The notes under the pieces were generated by a model, which saw only the letters and a list, made by a program, of their open reading frames with translations, was not told where the DNA came from and searched no databases. The translations under genes were made by a program, and so were the position numbers. DNA of 54,178 nucleotides, the filler included, from Sphacelaria rigidula (taxonomy: Eukaryota), in assembly GCA_964200075.2 (NCBI GenBank). It is 5 parts of 5 records of this genome, joined end to end, with 100 filler letters (N's around TTAATTAATTAA, not from the genome) between each part and the next. Parts side by side here need not be neighbours in the genome. Positions count along the whole stretch, not along the records: positions 10,858 to 21,614 come from CAXNAA020005966.1; positions 21,715 to 32,469 come from CAXNAA020005967.1; 3 more parts are not named here. One strand, 5' to 3'. This document shows, piece after piece, positions 13,281 through 25,485 of the stretch. Position 1 is the first letter of the stretch, and each line of letters opens with the position of its first letter.

Positions 13281-16249
13281 ATTTATGTAATTTAATTCAG
13301 TGCGCTTCATTTAATTCAATGCAAAGGTTACCCTATGGGCGTCAAATCGGACGCTAGGAACAGCCAAAACGAGATCGGGGTCGCGCAGCATAATAGTTGC
13401 AAGCTTGGGAACGGCTCCGGGGCCCAGCGCTTGGTGAAGCTACCACTGTACATGTCAGGTGAGAGCACATCATACGTGCTTTGCAAAACCGACAGAGTTG
13501 TGCTGTGCTCTCTACAATCTTCTGTAGTCTTTCTGCACCTGTGTTGGCTGTGTTTTTAATGCTGTTATCAACGTCTATGCAAGCGCCTCAGGAAGGCAGT
13601 GTAGTACAAAACTATCTCACCGGGCTCGTGTATCGTGAAATAAGAATAGCAGACAGAGGATCCGTACGATGAGCCAGCAGCAGCAGTCACTTACACGGCC
13701 ATTCGCAGGAAGTACTGCCCAGCACAGACGGCACACTACAGTTCATCCTATTTCACTGGAGATGATCCCCAGTGCTCGAAACCCCGTACATGTAGCCTCA
13801 GCAGGGCCGTACATGGTGCACGCTGTCGCTCTAGACCAACTCTGCTTACTAATATACTCTGCGGACTATGCTGTGGATATCGTTCCTGCGCTATTATTGA
13901 GGTGGGCTTGGAGCTACTCGTCTAGTGTCCCGCGAAGGGCATGGACGATATTGCCGTAAAATACTGTTATGAAAATACTATGACGACCAGCAGCACCCAG
14001 CGTTTAGTGTCACGTTGTTTAACACCCTTATCAGTAAACAATACACGGTGCAGACTCGACAGAGCATGAAATCACATCATGCTGGCTTCCCAAGTATGGG
14101 AAATGTCGATTGCTCCCTCGTCCGAGAACTCCAGCTCGATCACACTTCGCAGGACACGAACTTACGATCAGTATGTTTTAACCGCGGACACAGCAGCAAC
14201 TGATTAGAGTGTTTAGAACTGCCTTTTTAGCCCTCTAACGTCGTTTTACGCCCGAAAAAGGGTGACGTGGATGTTGAAAATTTTACTGTCCCGAGGCGCT
14301 TTTCTGGAGTCCAGCGGCCACAGTTTTTTTTTTGGCCAAATTTGCATTTCCAGTAACAAACGGTGACGTCATGAAAAAAACAGGAGCACGTTCTGCCAGT
14401 TTTTGAATAACTTGGCCGTTGGTTACTTCCTGAAAATGCAAGTTTGACCAAAACAAAAACTGCGGTCACCGGACAACCCGGTCTCACCGACTAGAGCAAG
14501 TCATTCCAAGTTGTAACATCCGCCTAGCCCTCTTTCGGGCGAAAAACAACGGAAAAGGGCCAAACAGGCAGTTTCACCAGATTTTTTTGTTGAAATATGA
14601 AACGCGGACGTGGATGATTTTTTTGGGGGGGGGATTTGCACATGATCAAATATGCCGATTTCGGCCTGTCTGTGGGCGATTTTCTCCCGTGGATTGAGTT
14701 TTCAGCCCCCAGTCCGTTGGGCAACGTTTCTCGACCAGCTGTGAGAAAACAGATCGATTCTCCGATTCTCTGTCCGTTTACTTCTGGATGAAACCTTCCT
14801 GTTTAACTCGGGAGAGACACTGCTGAACATGTGTGCGGGAGGGGTAATTTTGCGCAGATCTGTATTTGGTACATGCATATTCGAGAGTGTCTCGATCTGA
14901 GCAACAAGATGATACACTAAAAGCCAATGCCAGAGAGAGCCGGGGAAACGTCCTGGTCTATCACAGCTAGCCGAGCAGCATTGTTCAACAGACTGGGGTC
15001 AGAAAAAGCAGTCGACGGGAGAGTGGGTACGAGTCCCGAATCTGCAGAGACCCTCATCTGTGCAAAATCATGGTGACTCATTCTCGAAAGTCGGATTCGC
15101 AGGAGGCCGAATATATAGTTTTCCGTATTTGTTGTACACAATGGAACATTCTCTACAGGGGGCCATGGCATCGCTTTCTAGCGAAGCCTGAGAACAGGCA
15201 AGCGGAGTTTGATCCTTCAAGTACAGTATCGCACCGTGCTACCCCATGGTATATTACAGTGCGCACTACACTCCATCATCACAGTACACGGCAATGCCGT
15301 GCTGTAATACACGATGGTACAGTGAGTACTGTAGAACAGTGTGCGACAAGGTACAGTACGAATGCAGTTCCGTATATCACCCTGCAACTTCGTCGGCAAC
15401 AAACAGCGGGATAATACAGCACCGTTCTATGTAGTGATACGCACGCCGTGCAGTGCCGTTTAATACCAACGCCGCAGGGCACGGCGCCAATACTCATCAT
15501 CCGCTTGTCGAACCCCGTTTGCACCACCGTTGCTACGACGCGGCCCCAGCAGCCGGCGCAGGTAGGCACGGTCTGTGCTGTCACGAAACTGTCTGCTGCT
15601 GCGCTTCCAGATCGTCTGAACGCCTCTTGTCCATACCCTGCCTGGACAAAAGATTACATTGACAAAAAGTGTACTACGTACAGTATCGACTATTGCGTCT
15701 ATTGCGATAGATAATATATTTCATACTGTACGCAGTACATTTTTTTACTATGTAATCTACTGTCCAGGTTGTACTCTTGTCCTACTATCGTGCGTCACTG
15801 TATGTACGTCGCCTCCCTGCAGCTTTGGAGGACCTCAAGTTTCCCCCGATCTGTAGCGCATATTGGGGAAATCCCGATCTCAGCTCCCCCGATCTTCGTA
15901 CGGATCGAGATTCGTGTCGCCATCAAAGCTAGACTTATCCCCGCCCGGGTCAACCCAGTTCCCTCCAGCCGGGGATCAAATCACTCTATCCCTTCTCTAG
16001 ACACGATGGGGGTTGTGATCTACCGTATCCACCAGTTACACAGGCATTTAAACACGAATGACGATGCCCCCGAACACGCAGGGGGCATCTTGGGGACTTG
16101 TCCAGCACATACTGTTCCCATGTGACCCCATCCTCCTCTCACCTCCTTTCCCGGGGATGAACTGAACAAAAGCCCTCCCAAAACAATCTCAGCGAAAAAG
16201 GGGGTGTTATCAGACGTTGAGTCATTTGCTGTTGGAAAACAAAGAATCT

Positions 16250-16790
16250 GAACGCATGGCCACTACCAATAGGAAGCGAGCAACTTACCCCATCAGTGAA
16301 ACATGTCGTTTTTTCGTCACGGGGTTACGGACACCACGGGGAAGATCTTGTTTCATTCCCTCGTTGACCATGCGCAGGGATCATCATGCACCGTCTAGGG
16401 CATATTGCGTACGAATGGTGATACCCCTGAACACTCAGCAGGTATTGTCAGACCGTATCCACCCCACCTTACCACGTTACAACCCCTGCCCCTCCTCGCC
16501 AGGGATACAATCAACTTATCCCCTACCCGTACGATCTCAGCGGGGAAGGGGATGTTATCCGACGTTTGAGCTATTTGCGGCCAGACAACGATGAAACTGA
16601 ACACGTGACCGGTACCAATGAAGAGCCCACAACCTACCCTAACTCATTATTGTTCTCGTTTTTGCTAACGGGGTTATGATCACCACGGGGGAGGTATTGT
16701 CCCATCCCCTCCCTACTTACGTGCTGGGATCATGATCGATTTTAGGGACTCGTTGAATGGCGATCCCCTGAACACGCGAGTGGTCCCTCA
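16250..16790 (+). repeat. Diverged ~350-bp-period tandem duplication
   Basis: TACCAAT..AAC.TACCC..ACGGGGTTA..CACCACGGGG..GGGATCAT..TAGGG..GAATGG.GAT.CCCCTGAACAC occurs at ~16260-16435 and ~16610-16775. Confidence 0.65.
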
Positions 16791-16969
16791 AATGTATGCA
16801 TCTTACTCGCTGATTCGGGACCGTCCTCCTCCCTCTAACCGATGATGAGATGAGCATACAAGCTGGTCCACGCTTATGACCCAATATTGTGGCATATGCA
16901 AAAACGCTGGATTCTACAAATTGAGCACGTTTGTTTTCTTTTGAGGATGAACCTTGCTCAGGAACCGCA

Positions 16970-17376
16970 GGTAAGGTACTATGCCGAAAGTTCCTCAGGT
17001 ATTTACCGGGGTATCCCGTACCGTGGTATGCGTGGGTATCGTAGGTATGAGTTTTGACAATACCTGATTGAGCGGGTACGGTAGGTATTGAAATCTTGGC
17101 ATACCGTGGTATCGTAGGTGTCGTAGATATGAATTTAAAAAATGCCTGATTGAGCGGGTACGGTACGTACAGGTATCTCGAAATACCGTGGTATCGTGGG
17201 TATCGTAGGCATGGCATTTGAAAATACCCAATTGGGCAGGTACGGCAGGTTCTGGTATCTCAAAATACCGTGGTATCGCGGGTATCGTAGGTATGACATT
17301 CGAAAATACCCGATTTGATCGGTATAGGTAGGGTACAAGATGTCCCATATACCGGTAGCGGGTACCAACCTTACCC
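16970..17376. mobile_element. MITE-like element with short inverted ends and four ~82-bp internal tandem units
   Basis: Ends GGTAAGGT / ACCTTACC; unit TACCGTGGTAT(C/G)..GGTATCGTAGGTATG starts at 17019, 17102, 17184 and 17266. Confidence 0.7.
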
Positions 17377-17732
17377 TTCGGTTTCAAAACTGTCATCCGG
17401 CAGTGCTGAGAAGCGTTTCAGGGCGTGTCTCGGCACTCTTTTCTTCGATCGTAAAGATGGGGCAGTGGCATTTAATTGAGCGAAAATCGCTCATTTTTCT
17501 AGAGTGGGGTCCAAGCGGATTTCAAGCTTTCGATCGAAAAAAGACAGGAGAAGTAGTGAAACGGTTCATGGTCACTCGTGTACTTGTGTGTGTGTGTGTG
17601 TGTGTTTGCGTGTTTCGTACGGTAGAATTTTAAAGAGAAGCGGCCAACGTGCAGTGCAGACAGGCGAGGACTATCAGTTATCCATGCTCACCGTACGGCT
17701 TGAAAAGGACTTCAACAACATCCAGCCTTGTA

Positions 17733-18055
17733 CTACCGAGGCCAGTTCACCACTTGGGATGGTGAAAAAAATCTCAGAAACTCAAAACTTCGAACAAAGT
17801 ATAACACCAACACTAACCCTAACCCTAACCCTAACCCCAACGATGGCACACCGGGAACCCTCGGGCGAGGGAGTGGAGAGTGTTTCATAGGCAAAGTGTG
17901 CGTTGCCCGACCTCAAATCGGCGCCCCAGGCGCCGATTTCGACCAAAACGCTCGGAGCATAGCCCGATTAAATATCCGGATTTTCGCTGTTCATACTAGA
18001 ATCAAGTCGAACTATCTCAGAATTGTCTCACCATCCCAAGCGGCAAACTCTACTG
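17733..18055 (+). mobile_element. Non-autonomous element with subterminal inverted repeats and internal (CTAACC)4
   Basis: 22-bp inverted repeat 17744-17765 / 18028-18049 (19/22 match); CTAACC x4 at 17813-17836; ends CTACCG / CTACTG; homologous to 20221-20480 and 47751-48094. Confidence 0.8.
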
Positions 18056-19794
18056 GTACTGCCTGTCCATAAACGTGTACGCAACTCGGTTGCCCACCGT
18101 ACCACGCAGTTCCGTCGCTGATCCTACCATGGAAAAAGACGCGCAAGTTTTCGCCAACAAAAAATATACAAAGCGTACCCAATTACTGCAGGGTATCTAT
18201 CCCTGTGCTCAACTCATATTCGATGCTGCAGGGTTGCTGTGGTAGCTGAGAATGAGTTGGATTGAGTTTACACGGTTCTGTGAAGGGATTACCTGGTGTG
18301 GTGGTCTGTAAGATAGAAGTCAAGTGTTGCTTCGTGCCTTTCGACCGCATGTTTTCGATCGAAAAAGCCCAGTGTTTTTTTTTTTAGTTTTTCTCCGCGC
18401 GCCGCTAACTACAAGTTTGAGTTGAAGCCTACTAAGAACAGAAATTTGGCGGCCCCATCACCCGTTGTCAACATTTGACGAAAATATCACAGCCTCCTCG
18501 TCAGAACTCTGCTCTCTGTCGGTAGTCGAAAAAGTCGGAGCTACTGGTGGTTCAAGCGGGATGTCTTCATCCGTCGCCACCTCTCGTTGCCTTTTTTTCT
18601 GTCGAGGGGGGCGCCGTAGGCATTGTTCCGCCGTTCTCCCCAACAAAAAAGGGGCGCATGAAGATAGGTGACCACGGTTGAGGACATACCGCTCGGAGGA
18701 CCAACAGCTCCGATGTTTTCGACGAAACGACAGCGAAGAGGGGGAGATTACGGCACTCTACAAAAATGATGCGTTTCGGGGTTTTGGGGGTGGGTGTTGA
18801 GGCGGCGCTAAGTTACGTGACTCATGAGACGAGAGGCGGGGGGAACGAGAAAATAATGATGAGCCCAAGGGAACAGCAATTCGGCTGAAAAAGCAACATG
18901 CTTTCACACCAGCGAGGGAGAGCAATAGACGGGCACCACAGCATAAAGAGGAGAGATGCATGAGACATGCACTACACACACAAAACAAAAACCATCGCAC
19001 GAGGCCATCTGTGTTCGGAGATGTGATTATCGTGTGTCGTTATCTTTTTTTTCTTCAGCTGTGGGGCATGCAATACAGCGTTTCGCTTCAGAACAGAAAA
19101 TACCACCACCACGTGTCTCGGGTATTATGCATCGCCTTGCGGAGAGACGTCTACTCCGCTTCCTCGATTTGCTAAGCCCTGTGGTTTGGAGAACGACATC
19201 CGGGAAGAAATGCACCTGAAAATGTTATTTCTTCAATGTTGCTTGCTGTGATATTGATAACAACGACCATAGCCTTCGCATTACAGTTATGGGTGCGCCT
19301 GACCTACCAAAATGGCCAAAAAACGTGTCACCGACTAAAAGCACGAACAGACCGGAGATCTCGTTCATCCCCTGAATATGCACGCCGTAAAATCCCTCAA
19401 AGTACTCATGATTTGATTGGGGTTTTCAATTGACGGTTTTCCATTTTCGTCGTCCCGGACTACGAACCACGGCGTGCCTCGGCTATTTACTCACCGGCGT
19501 GCATTTGCCCAAGCTAAAATCTGATACCTTTGTGGAACCAAAGGAGTTATGGTAATCGAGAAAATCGCAAAACACCCATGTTTTTTTCACTTAATTTGTC
19601 ATAAAACTTGGATCCTGATGAAGTAAAAAACATCGACCACCGGATTGGTAGCTGCCGTCTTGGCGCAGATGACGCAAAAACTCGCATCTCAATCGATGGC
19701 CTTGGCGATGAGTAATGGGGGCAACCGTTTGGGCTATGAGCCCAAACCAGCGCCTCTAACACTCGCCGGTTTCCACGACATGCGAAAACCTTAC

Positions 19795-20060
19795 CCCTGT
19801 CCAAGGGCCTCAGAATATATTGCACCCAGGAATGACTCTTGATAGTGCAGATGGTTGATACATGGCATGTGTGAAATGTTCGACAGGAGCAGAATTTGAC
19901 TCTTCCGCGTCTGCGGACATTTACCCCCATCTGTGCATCGCTTGTGATGGTGGCAAGAGTAGCGCTCGTTCTCCTGCACCCGGTGCCATCACCACGCCAC
20001 CATCGATAGCGTAACATTGTCTCTAATCTCACCTGGCGGCAAGTATGGACAAACTCTGAA
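19795..20060 (-). CDS. Two candidate exons (20033-20060 and 19795-19910) of an unidentified gene
   Basis: TTTCTTTTGTCCTTCAG| acceptor, CAG|GTGAGA donor, CCGCAG| acceptor, GG|GTAAGG donor; joined frame SEFVHTCRQ/TRKSQILLLSNISHMPCINHLHYQESFLGAIYSEALGQG; no recognised domain. Confidence 0.3.
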
Positions 20061-20220
20061 CTGAAGGACAAAAGAAAGCCACAGAGCAAGCTGGCGTTCA
20101 AGAAGTGAGAGCAGTATCCGCAATGGCAACACATTACAACAGCCCTTATAGACATGATCATGAGTCGCACGAACGAAAGCAAGAATCACCTTTGCGACCT
20201 TGCAGCAGCGAAGTGAACAA

Positions 20221-20480
20221 ATTATAACACCAAACCTAACCCTAACCACAAAAAGGGCATACCGAGAATCCTCAGGCAAGGCGGGTGCAACGTGGTCGCT
20301 AAGCGAAGTGTGCGTTGCCAGACCTCAAATCGGTGCCCCAGGCCCCGATTCAGACAAAAACGCGTTGTGGGCACGCCAGGAGCACACTAGGAGCACAGCG
20401 CCCATGAAAAGATCCGGATTTCGGTGTCCACACTCAAATCAAGATGGACCAACTTACCCTCCCGAATGGTCAACTTTACT
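20221..20480 (+). mobile_element. 5'-truncated copy of the CTAACC-bearing element family
   Basis: Shares CCTAACCCTAACC and AAGTGTGCGTTGCC.GACCTCAAATCGG.GCCCCAGG, ATCCGGATTT and the 3' end with 17733-18055. Confidence 0.8.
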
Positions 20481-20774
20481 ACGTCAAGACGACACAAAAG
20501 ACAGCATAAAGTCGTCGGCCCAATTTTGCTTAAGCCACATGGCACCGAAGCGTCATTCATGTCTTTCAGTGCACCAAGCCGTCCTAAGACACGCGTCCGT
20601 TGTGTCAGCAGTGGCGGGTGAGGGCCGACGGTTTGTTTTCATTCCCTCGTGGAACACGATATCTTGAGAGTCCGATGAAAATCATGCACATTCATGAAAT
20701 GAAAAGGCATACCCACGGAATAACAAATACACTTGCACAGGGCTAGCCATTCATCTGCTAAAATTGTAGAACCA

Positions 20775-20805
<31 letters not shown>

Positions 20806-21614
20806 GACTTCACATGATATCTGCGCGGTACATTCGTACTGGGCATCTGATGCGGACACCTTCCGTGGTCACAGGCTAGCAAGAAAAAAAAGAGACCCAG
20901 ATTAAAACTCACAAACCGCGCTACAAGCAAAGATAGGGATGAATAATAAAAAGAGAGTACATATGGCTAACCTCAGAAGCATCCGGTGCCGCAGGTGACC
21001 ATTCGGACTTCAGGCGATGGCACCCGGCTTTCCAACTCGATGCGCGACGCCAAGTAGAAGTGAACACAGATCCGACTACGGGCGAGGCTCAAGGCCCCAA
21101 ATACCGCCAACGAAAGAACTAAGAATCGCAACGTTCCATCTTTCGGCCTCTCGAGGGACAGCCATACGTACAAGCATACCAGGTGTATCAAAACAAGCAC
21201 TGCATGACATAACGACACCCCTCATCGGGGGGTCATCTCCCAACCCCCCCTTCTCCGGACCGTCGTCATTGCTGTGCTATTCGGGCTCCGTTGGTCTCCC
21301 GTCTAATCGCACGCAGTCGGCTGGCCTCCTCTTCATTGCTGTGCCATGGAGTCATGAACCCCTTCGCTTCCTGCAGCACCCCTGCGTGCTTACTTGCTGC
21401 TGAGGCCCATAGGGCGCGATCAATTCCGAATGTCTGGCGGTTGTCGTCCGTTGAATCGTCTGTGGCTTCGAAAGCGTGAAGATCGTCTCTCAGGCACTTC
21501 AGCCAGTTTTGTTCCGGGCACCCGGGTCCTGGATCCTCCTCCCCGACTAGAGTTCCAAACGCTATTCGCTTCGGTAATCGTCCGTACGGTTGTCTGGCCA
21601 GGGGTCCCGCAAAC
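20775..21614 (-). mobile_element. 3' end of an RTE-clade LINE: ORF C-terminus (21266-21613), 3' UTR and (CAA)n tail; cut by the scaffold end
   Basis: Minus-strand open frame FAGPLARQPYGRLPKRIAFGTLVGEEDPGPGCPEQNWLKCLRDDLHAFEAT...WASAA...FMTPWHSNEEEASR...*, typical of RTE C-termini (RLPK-x-x-x-FG-x-L...G-x-P-x-x-x-W-x-x-CL-x-x-D); about ten CAA units at 20775-20806. Confidence 0.9.
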
Positions 21615-21714
21615 NNNNNNNNNNNNNNNNNNNNNNNNNNNNNNNNNNNNNNNNNNNNTTAATTAATTAANNNNNNNNNNNNNNNNNNNNNNNNNNNNNN
21701 NNNNNNNNNNNNNN
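21615..21714. other. Artificial scaffold spacer
   Basis: N44-TTAATTAATTAA-N44; 12-mer at 21659-21670. Confidence 0.97.
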
Positions 21715-22035
21715 TACTAATACTACTGGTAGTTCTGATAATGATGATGATAATAATAATAATGATGATGATGATAATGTAGGGCTGGTCAGGGTGTGAT
21801 TGATTGGTCGATTGATGGATTAGTTGCCTGATTACTCGATTGATCGTCTCTCGCTGTCTGATCCTCTGACCCGCTGCAAACTCTAGACGTGTTGACGTGA
21901 TCTATATACCAAAGGTAATAGTAATGCACTGCACTAGTATTCGGAACACACTTGCCGAAAGAAACTCATGATAACTCCGTAAATGTCTAACCCTTCACCT
22001 GGCTGCATTCCCCAACGGTTGCCGAACATTAACAG

Positions 22036-22201
22036 GCGAGCGATGCGTACTACTCGTCGCTAGAGACAGGGCAGCACGTAGACGGCTTGCTTGGCTTGGG
22101 CACTACAGCCGGCCGCACCCACAGTCAGGCGGACGCTCTTGTGGCCCTGCAGCAGTATCTTGATCTCAACCCGAACAGCGCACAAGCATGGAACCACCTA
22201 G
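22036..22201 (+). CDS. TPR protein, SKI3/TTC37-like, exon A (gene 5'-partial)
   Basis: AACAG|GCG ... CTAG|GTGTGT; ASDAYYSSLETGQHVDGLLGLGTTAGRTHSQADALVALQQYLDLNPNSAQAWNHL(G); TPR pattern; phase 0/1; absent from the ORF track. Confidence 0.85.
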
Positions 22202-23670
22202 GTGTGTAAGCACATGACGCATATGTACAAGAGGACTCCGCAAAAATAACGCCTAACTCGTGCAGAGCTACAGGTTATTTTTTCGAGTACCATCCTGTCA
22301 TCTTTATACTTACGCCTTGCGATTGTTCGTGTTAGCATTCCTTTGTGGCCCTAGCTTGCGCGGACGTTTACAGGGAAAAGAAGTGAGCGCTAGGCTGCTG
22401 CCATGTGAAGACAATCACTTTTATCCCCATCTTCTTAGTATTTCGCATCAGGCTACACAGCGTATGAAGCTAGCAAGTGTGTGAAGTTGCACAAGAACAA
22501 GAGAACAGAAGGAAACACTCGATATCTTGGGGTTGGTGATATCCCGACGTTAGAGCGTCGCTCCAGCATACCCTCTAGAACGGTCCGTGCTATACTCTTC
22601 GTGGTATGCATGTGTATGGATATTTTGTTGTCATCAAACCTTCAACCACTTTCCTTTCGGGGGACGAGTCTGGAGTCTCCAGGTTTATGAGCCCAAATCT
22701 TTCCCTCCGGTACCCGCCTGATCACGTGCTATGAAGGTTTGGATAAGCACTTCCGCACTGCGCCGCCTCTTGCGGAATTGTTCCTTGCTGCATGCGTCCT
22801 CACGTGTCGAACACTGAAAATACACATTATGTCAAGCAAACCCCCTCGCCATCGTATTCGTACCAGCTAGCTTTCGGCACACGAGCTACACAGCCGGGGC
22901 ACGGCCGCACGGCGGCAATATAAATGTGTGTTGTGTCGAGTTAGTGGACACCAGAAACCTTTACTGCGTCTCCTGGCCCGAATGTGTACAGGAGAGAGAT
23001 CTCTGACGCTAGCTAGACCTTCAGCACCTATGGTGTGCCACGCCCCCTTGTGCCGTACATATCACATAGTGTAACACTGATGCTTCTTCTCTCATCGGAA
23101 CTTTAGATAACACCCTCGCTTTATTCGTCTTCAACTGTTTTTTGTACGGTTTTGACGTCCAGAGTGGTGTGTGCTGTGTCGGTTTGGTTGGGTGTTCGGA
23201 AGCCATAAACTGAGGGGAAAACGCGATGATTTTGTTCAGTCGAGACTTGTACGCATCGAGCGCGTCCGAATTTCCAAGCTCACATTGCGTTCGTTTTGTA
23301 TTGTTTTTCATCCTGTTTTTTTGTCCGTCAGTCCTCTGTTGGATAATTTTGTATCCATGCACCGTCACGTAGGGTCCAAGTCGCGGTAAACGGTACGCGG
23401 TACAATAGTCCCACCCGTGCCGCTGCTGATAAGGTGTTCACTACTAGTTACTGTACCCACGACCATGCGGGTGGTTCTCGCGCCTGCCAGTACCGCATGT
23501 ATGACATCTCATTGGCCGTCTTACCGCTGGTGGTGTAAAGCCCTCATGCTTGGGCCCGACACTTGCCATGTCGATGATGGTGTAGTTGTGGCTTTTGCTC
23601 ATATAAGTGATGCGTCCATCGCAAGCATGACCCCAATGCCATCGGTGAAAACACGGTCAATCGTGCTCAG

Positions 23671-23951
23671 GTGCTGCTGCCGAGCTCGCGGGCAGGACAA
23701 GCGCAGCGGTGAACGCATACCGCCGCAGTTTAGCCTTGCTAGAGGAACAAGGAGCCACGTTCGGTAATGACTATGGTCATGATGATGATGGGGGAGTGAA
23801 CATCGTGTGTGCAGATGCGGTGCGATTGGTGCGGCACAATCTAGCTCGCGCGCTTGTCCTCAAGAGTGACAACAGGGAGGTCAAAGACATTGGCGGTAAC
23901 GCAGATGCTAAGGAGGCCGTGGCCGTTTTGGAGGGTTGCGACCTCGGACAG
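23671..23951 (+). CDS. TPR protein, SKI3/TTC37-like, exon B
   Basis: CTCAG|GT ... CAG|GTGCAT; (G)AAAELAGRTSAAVNAYRRSLALL...VRHNLARALV...AKEAVAVLEGCDLGQ; phase 1/0; completes the TPR begun in exon A. Confidence 0.85.
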
Positions 23952-25407
23952 GTGCATTGGGTGTTGGATACGTATTGCCTTTTTTTCACCATCCTATTTC
24001 TTATATTTCCGCCGCGCTGCTTGTTGGCGGCATGTCCCGTGGAGTATTGAAACAGCGAATCGCTGCAAGAGTACGGTCAGGAGTGCACGCAGCGGACGAA
24101 ATACCACACCAACCACATTCACATCTCAACCGCTTCCTCTTTATTTTTTATTTTTTTGTTGGCACACCCTCAGTTTTGTGCAGATGTGTCATTGCTCGAA
24201 CAACTTCGGAAGGCCTCTGTTTTCCTCAATGTTGCGATCTAGTTTCTCCGGTATAGTGTTGAAACAATGAGATTCCAAAACTGTTAGATGCTATATATTT
24301 ACATATAAAACCGAGGGAGCGGTGCGTCTAGATTGCAAAATATGAGGTTCGAGCAGCTGTCTATTTCACACTCCATGGAGTGTTCTGTGATACCGTGTGT
24401 TCGCGTGGACAGTGAGCTTTTGCTACATTTGTGGGTGGGATCGACAAGTCTGCTGCCAGCAACTCACGACTGTGCATGATTGTGCTTTGCGTCGCAGCCT
24501 GCAGTGGCGTCGGCAGTGGTGTTTCGTGAAACGGATGCTCGTGCCCTGACCTTACTCAATATCGGTAAATGGTTACCGTGTACGCCGAGAAAATGTGGGT
24601 CCATATCTCGGGTACGCCTCACTTGTCACCAGGGTTAGATTCGTATCGAACCACACTGTGAGGGAAAATCGTTTTAAAAAATCAACCAAGTAGTACCTGA
24701 ACCCAGCACCTATATTGAAGCATTTCACACAAGTATGAACAGCATACTCCAGGGAATATAAGTCTCGCACTGTGCGTATTTGCATATCCTACTGCGATTT
24801 AAGAGCTATCGCGCTGCGCTATCCCGTGGCGTGTGGGTCAGTGTGTCGTCATGTCCTGCTGTGCCAGCGACACTACTTTTTATGGCTGTGCGGTTCATTG
24901 GCGTCGGAAGCTGCGGTCTTCGTTTTGTATTATAGCGGCGCTTGTGTTGTGGCCAACACGTCGTTGTACCCCGTTTGATGAATAGTGCACAGTAGGAATG
25001 TTGCCGCTTTGTTTCGGCCACGCCCGACATCGCATGGATTCAAGTTCCCGGCAGTGAAGATCGCTTCCCATGTTCCCTTTGCCCGAGAGTCTTTGAACTA
25101 GAGTTGGCGGCATAATCACATGGAAGTTGGCGGACTGCGAGAGTGCTGATCCGACACTCGAGATAAAGAAAGGCGAGGCAGGGCCGGGGAAGAGCTGAAA
25201 TTACCCCTTGGGACTACGAACTCGTCATGAAAAGGCGGGAGGGGGCGGGGGGGCGGGGAGGTGTTGAAGAAATTATGTGACAAACAACGATGAGTACAGG
25301 GCAACACTTTTTGCTGTCTATTCCAATCTTGATTCGGGTGCTGCGGCCGCTAGTGCGGTGTGCACCTTTAACCCCGGCGTTGGTGAATTTTTGGGTTGAC
25401 ACGGCAG

Positions 25408-25485
25408 GTTGAAAATGCGATGCAGCTGGGGCGGGCACACGCGCAGAAGGGCGACTGGCATGCTGCGCTCGCGGTGTTCCGACAG
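25408..25485 (+). CDS. TPR protein, exon C
   Basis: GGCAG|GTT ... CAG|GTTTGT; VENAMQLGRAHAQKGDWHAALAVFRQ (LG-x-A-x-x-x-x-G-D-x-x-x-A TPR motif); phase 0/0. Confidence 0.85.

Noticed and set aside
11067..15171. Scattered exon-like segments (~11086-11417, 12806-12946, 14795-15058)
   Set aside because: Could not be chained into a consistent gene model on either strand.
17019..17340. CRISPR-like repeat-spacer array
   Set aside because: The 'spacers' are homologous to each other, there are no cas genes, and the context is eukaryotic.
17813..17836. Chromosome end / true telomere
   Set aside because: Only four units, internal to a dispersed element, with ordinary sequence on both sides.
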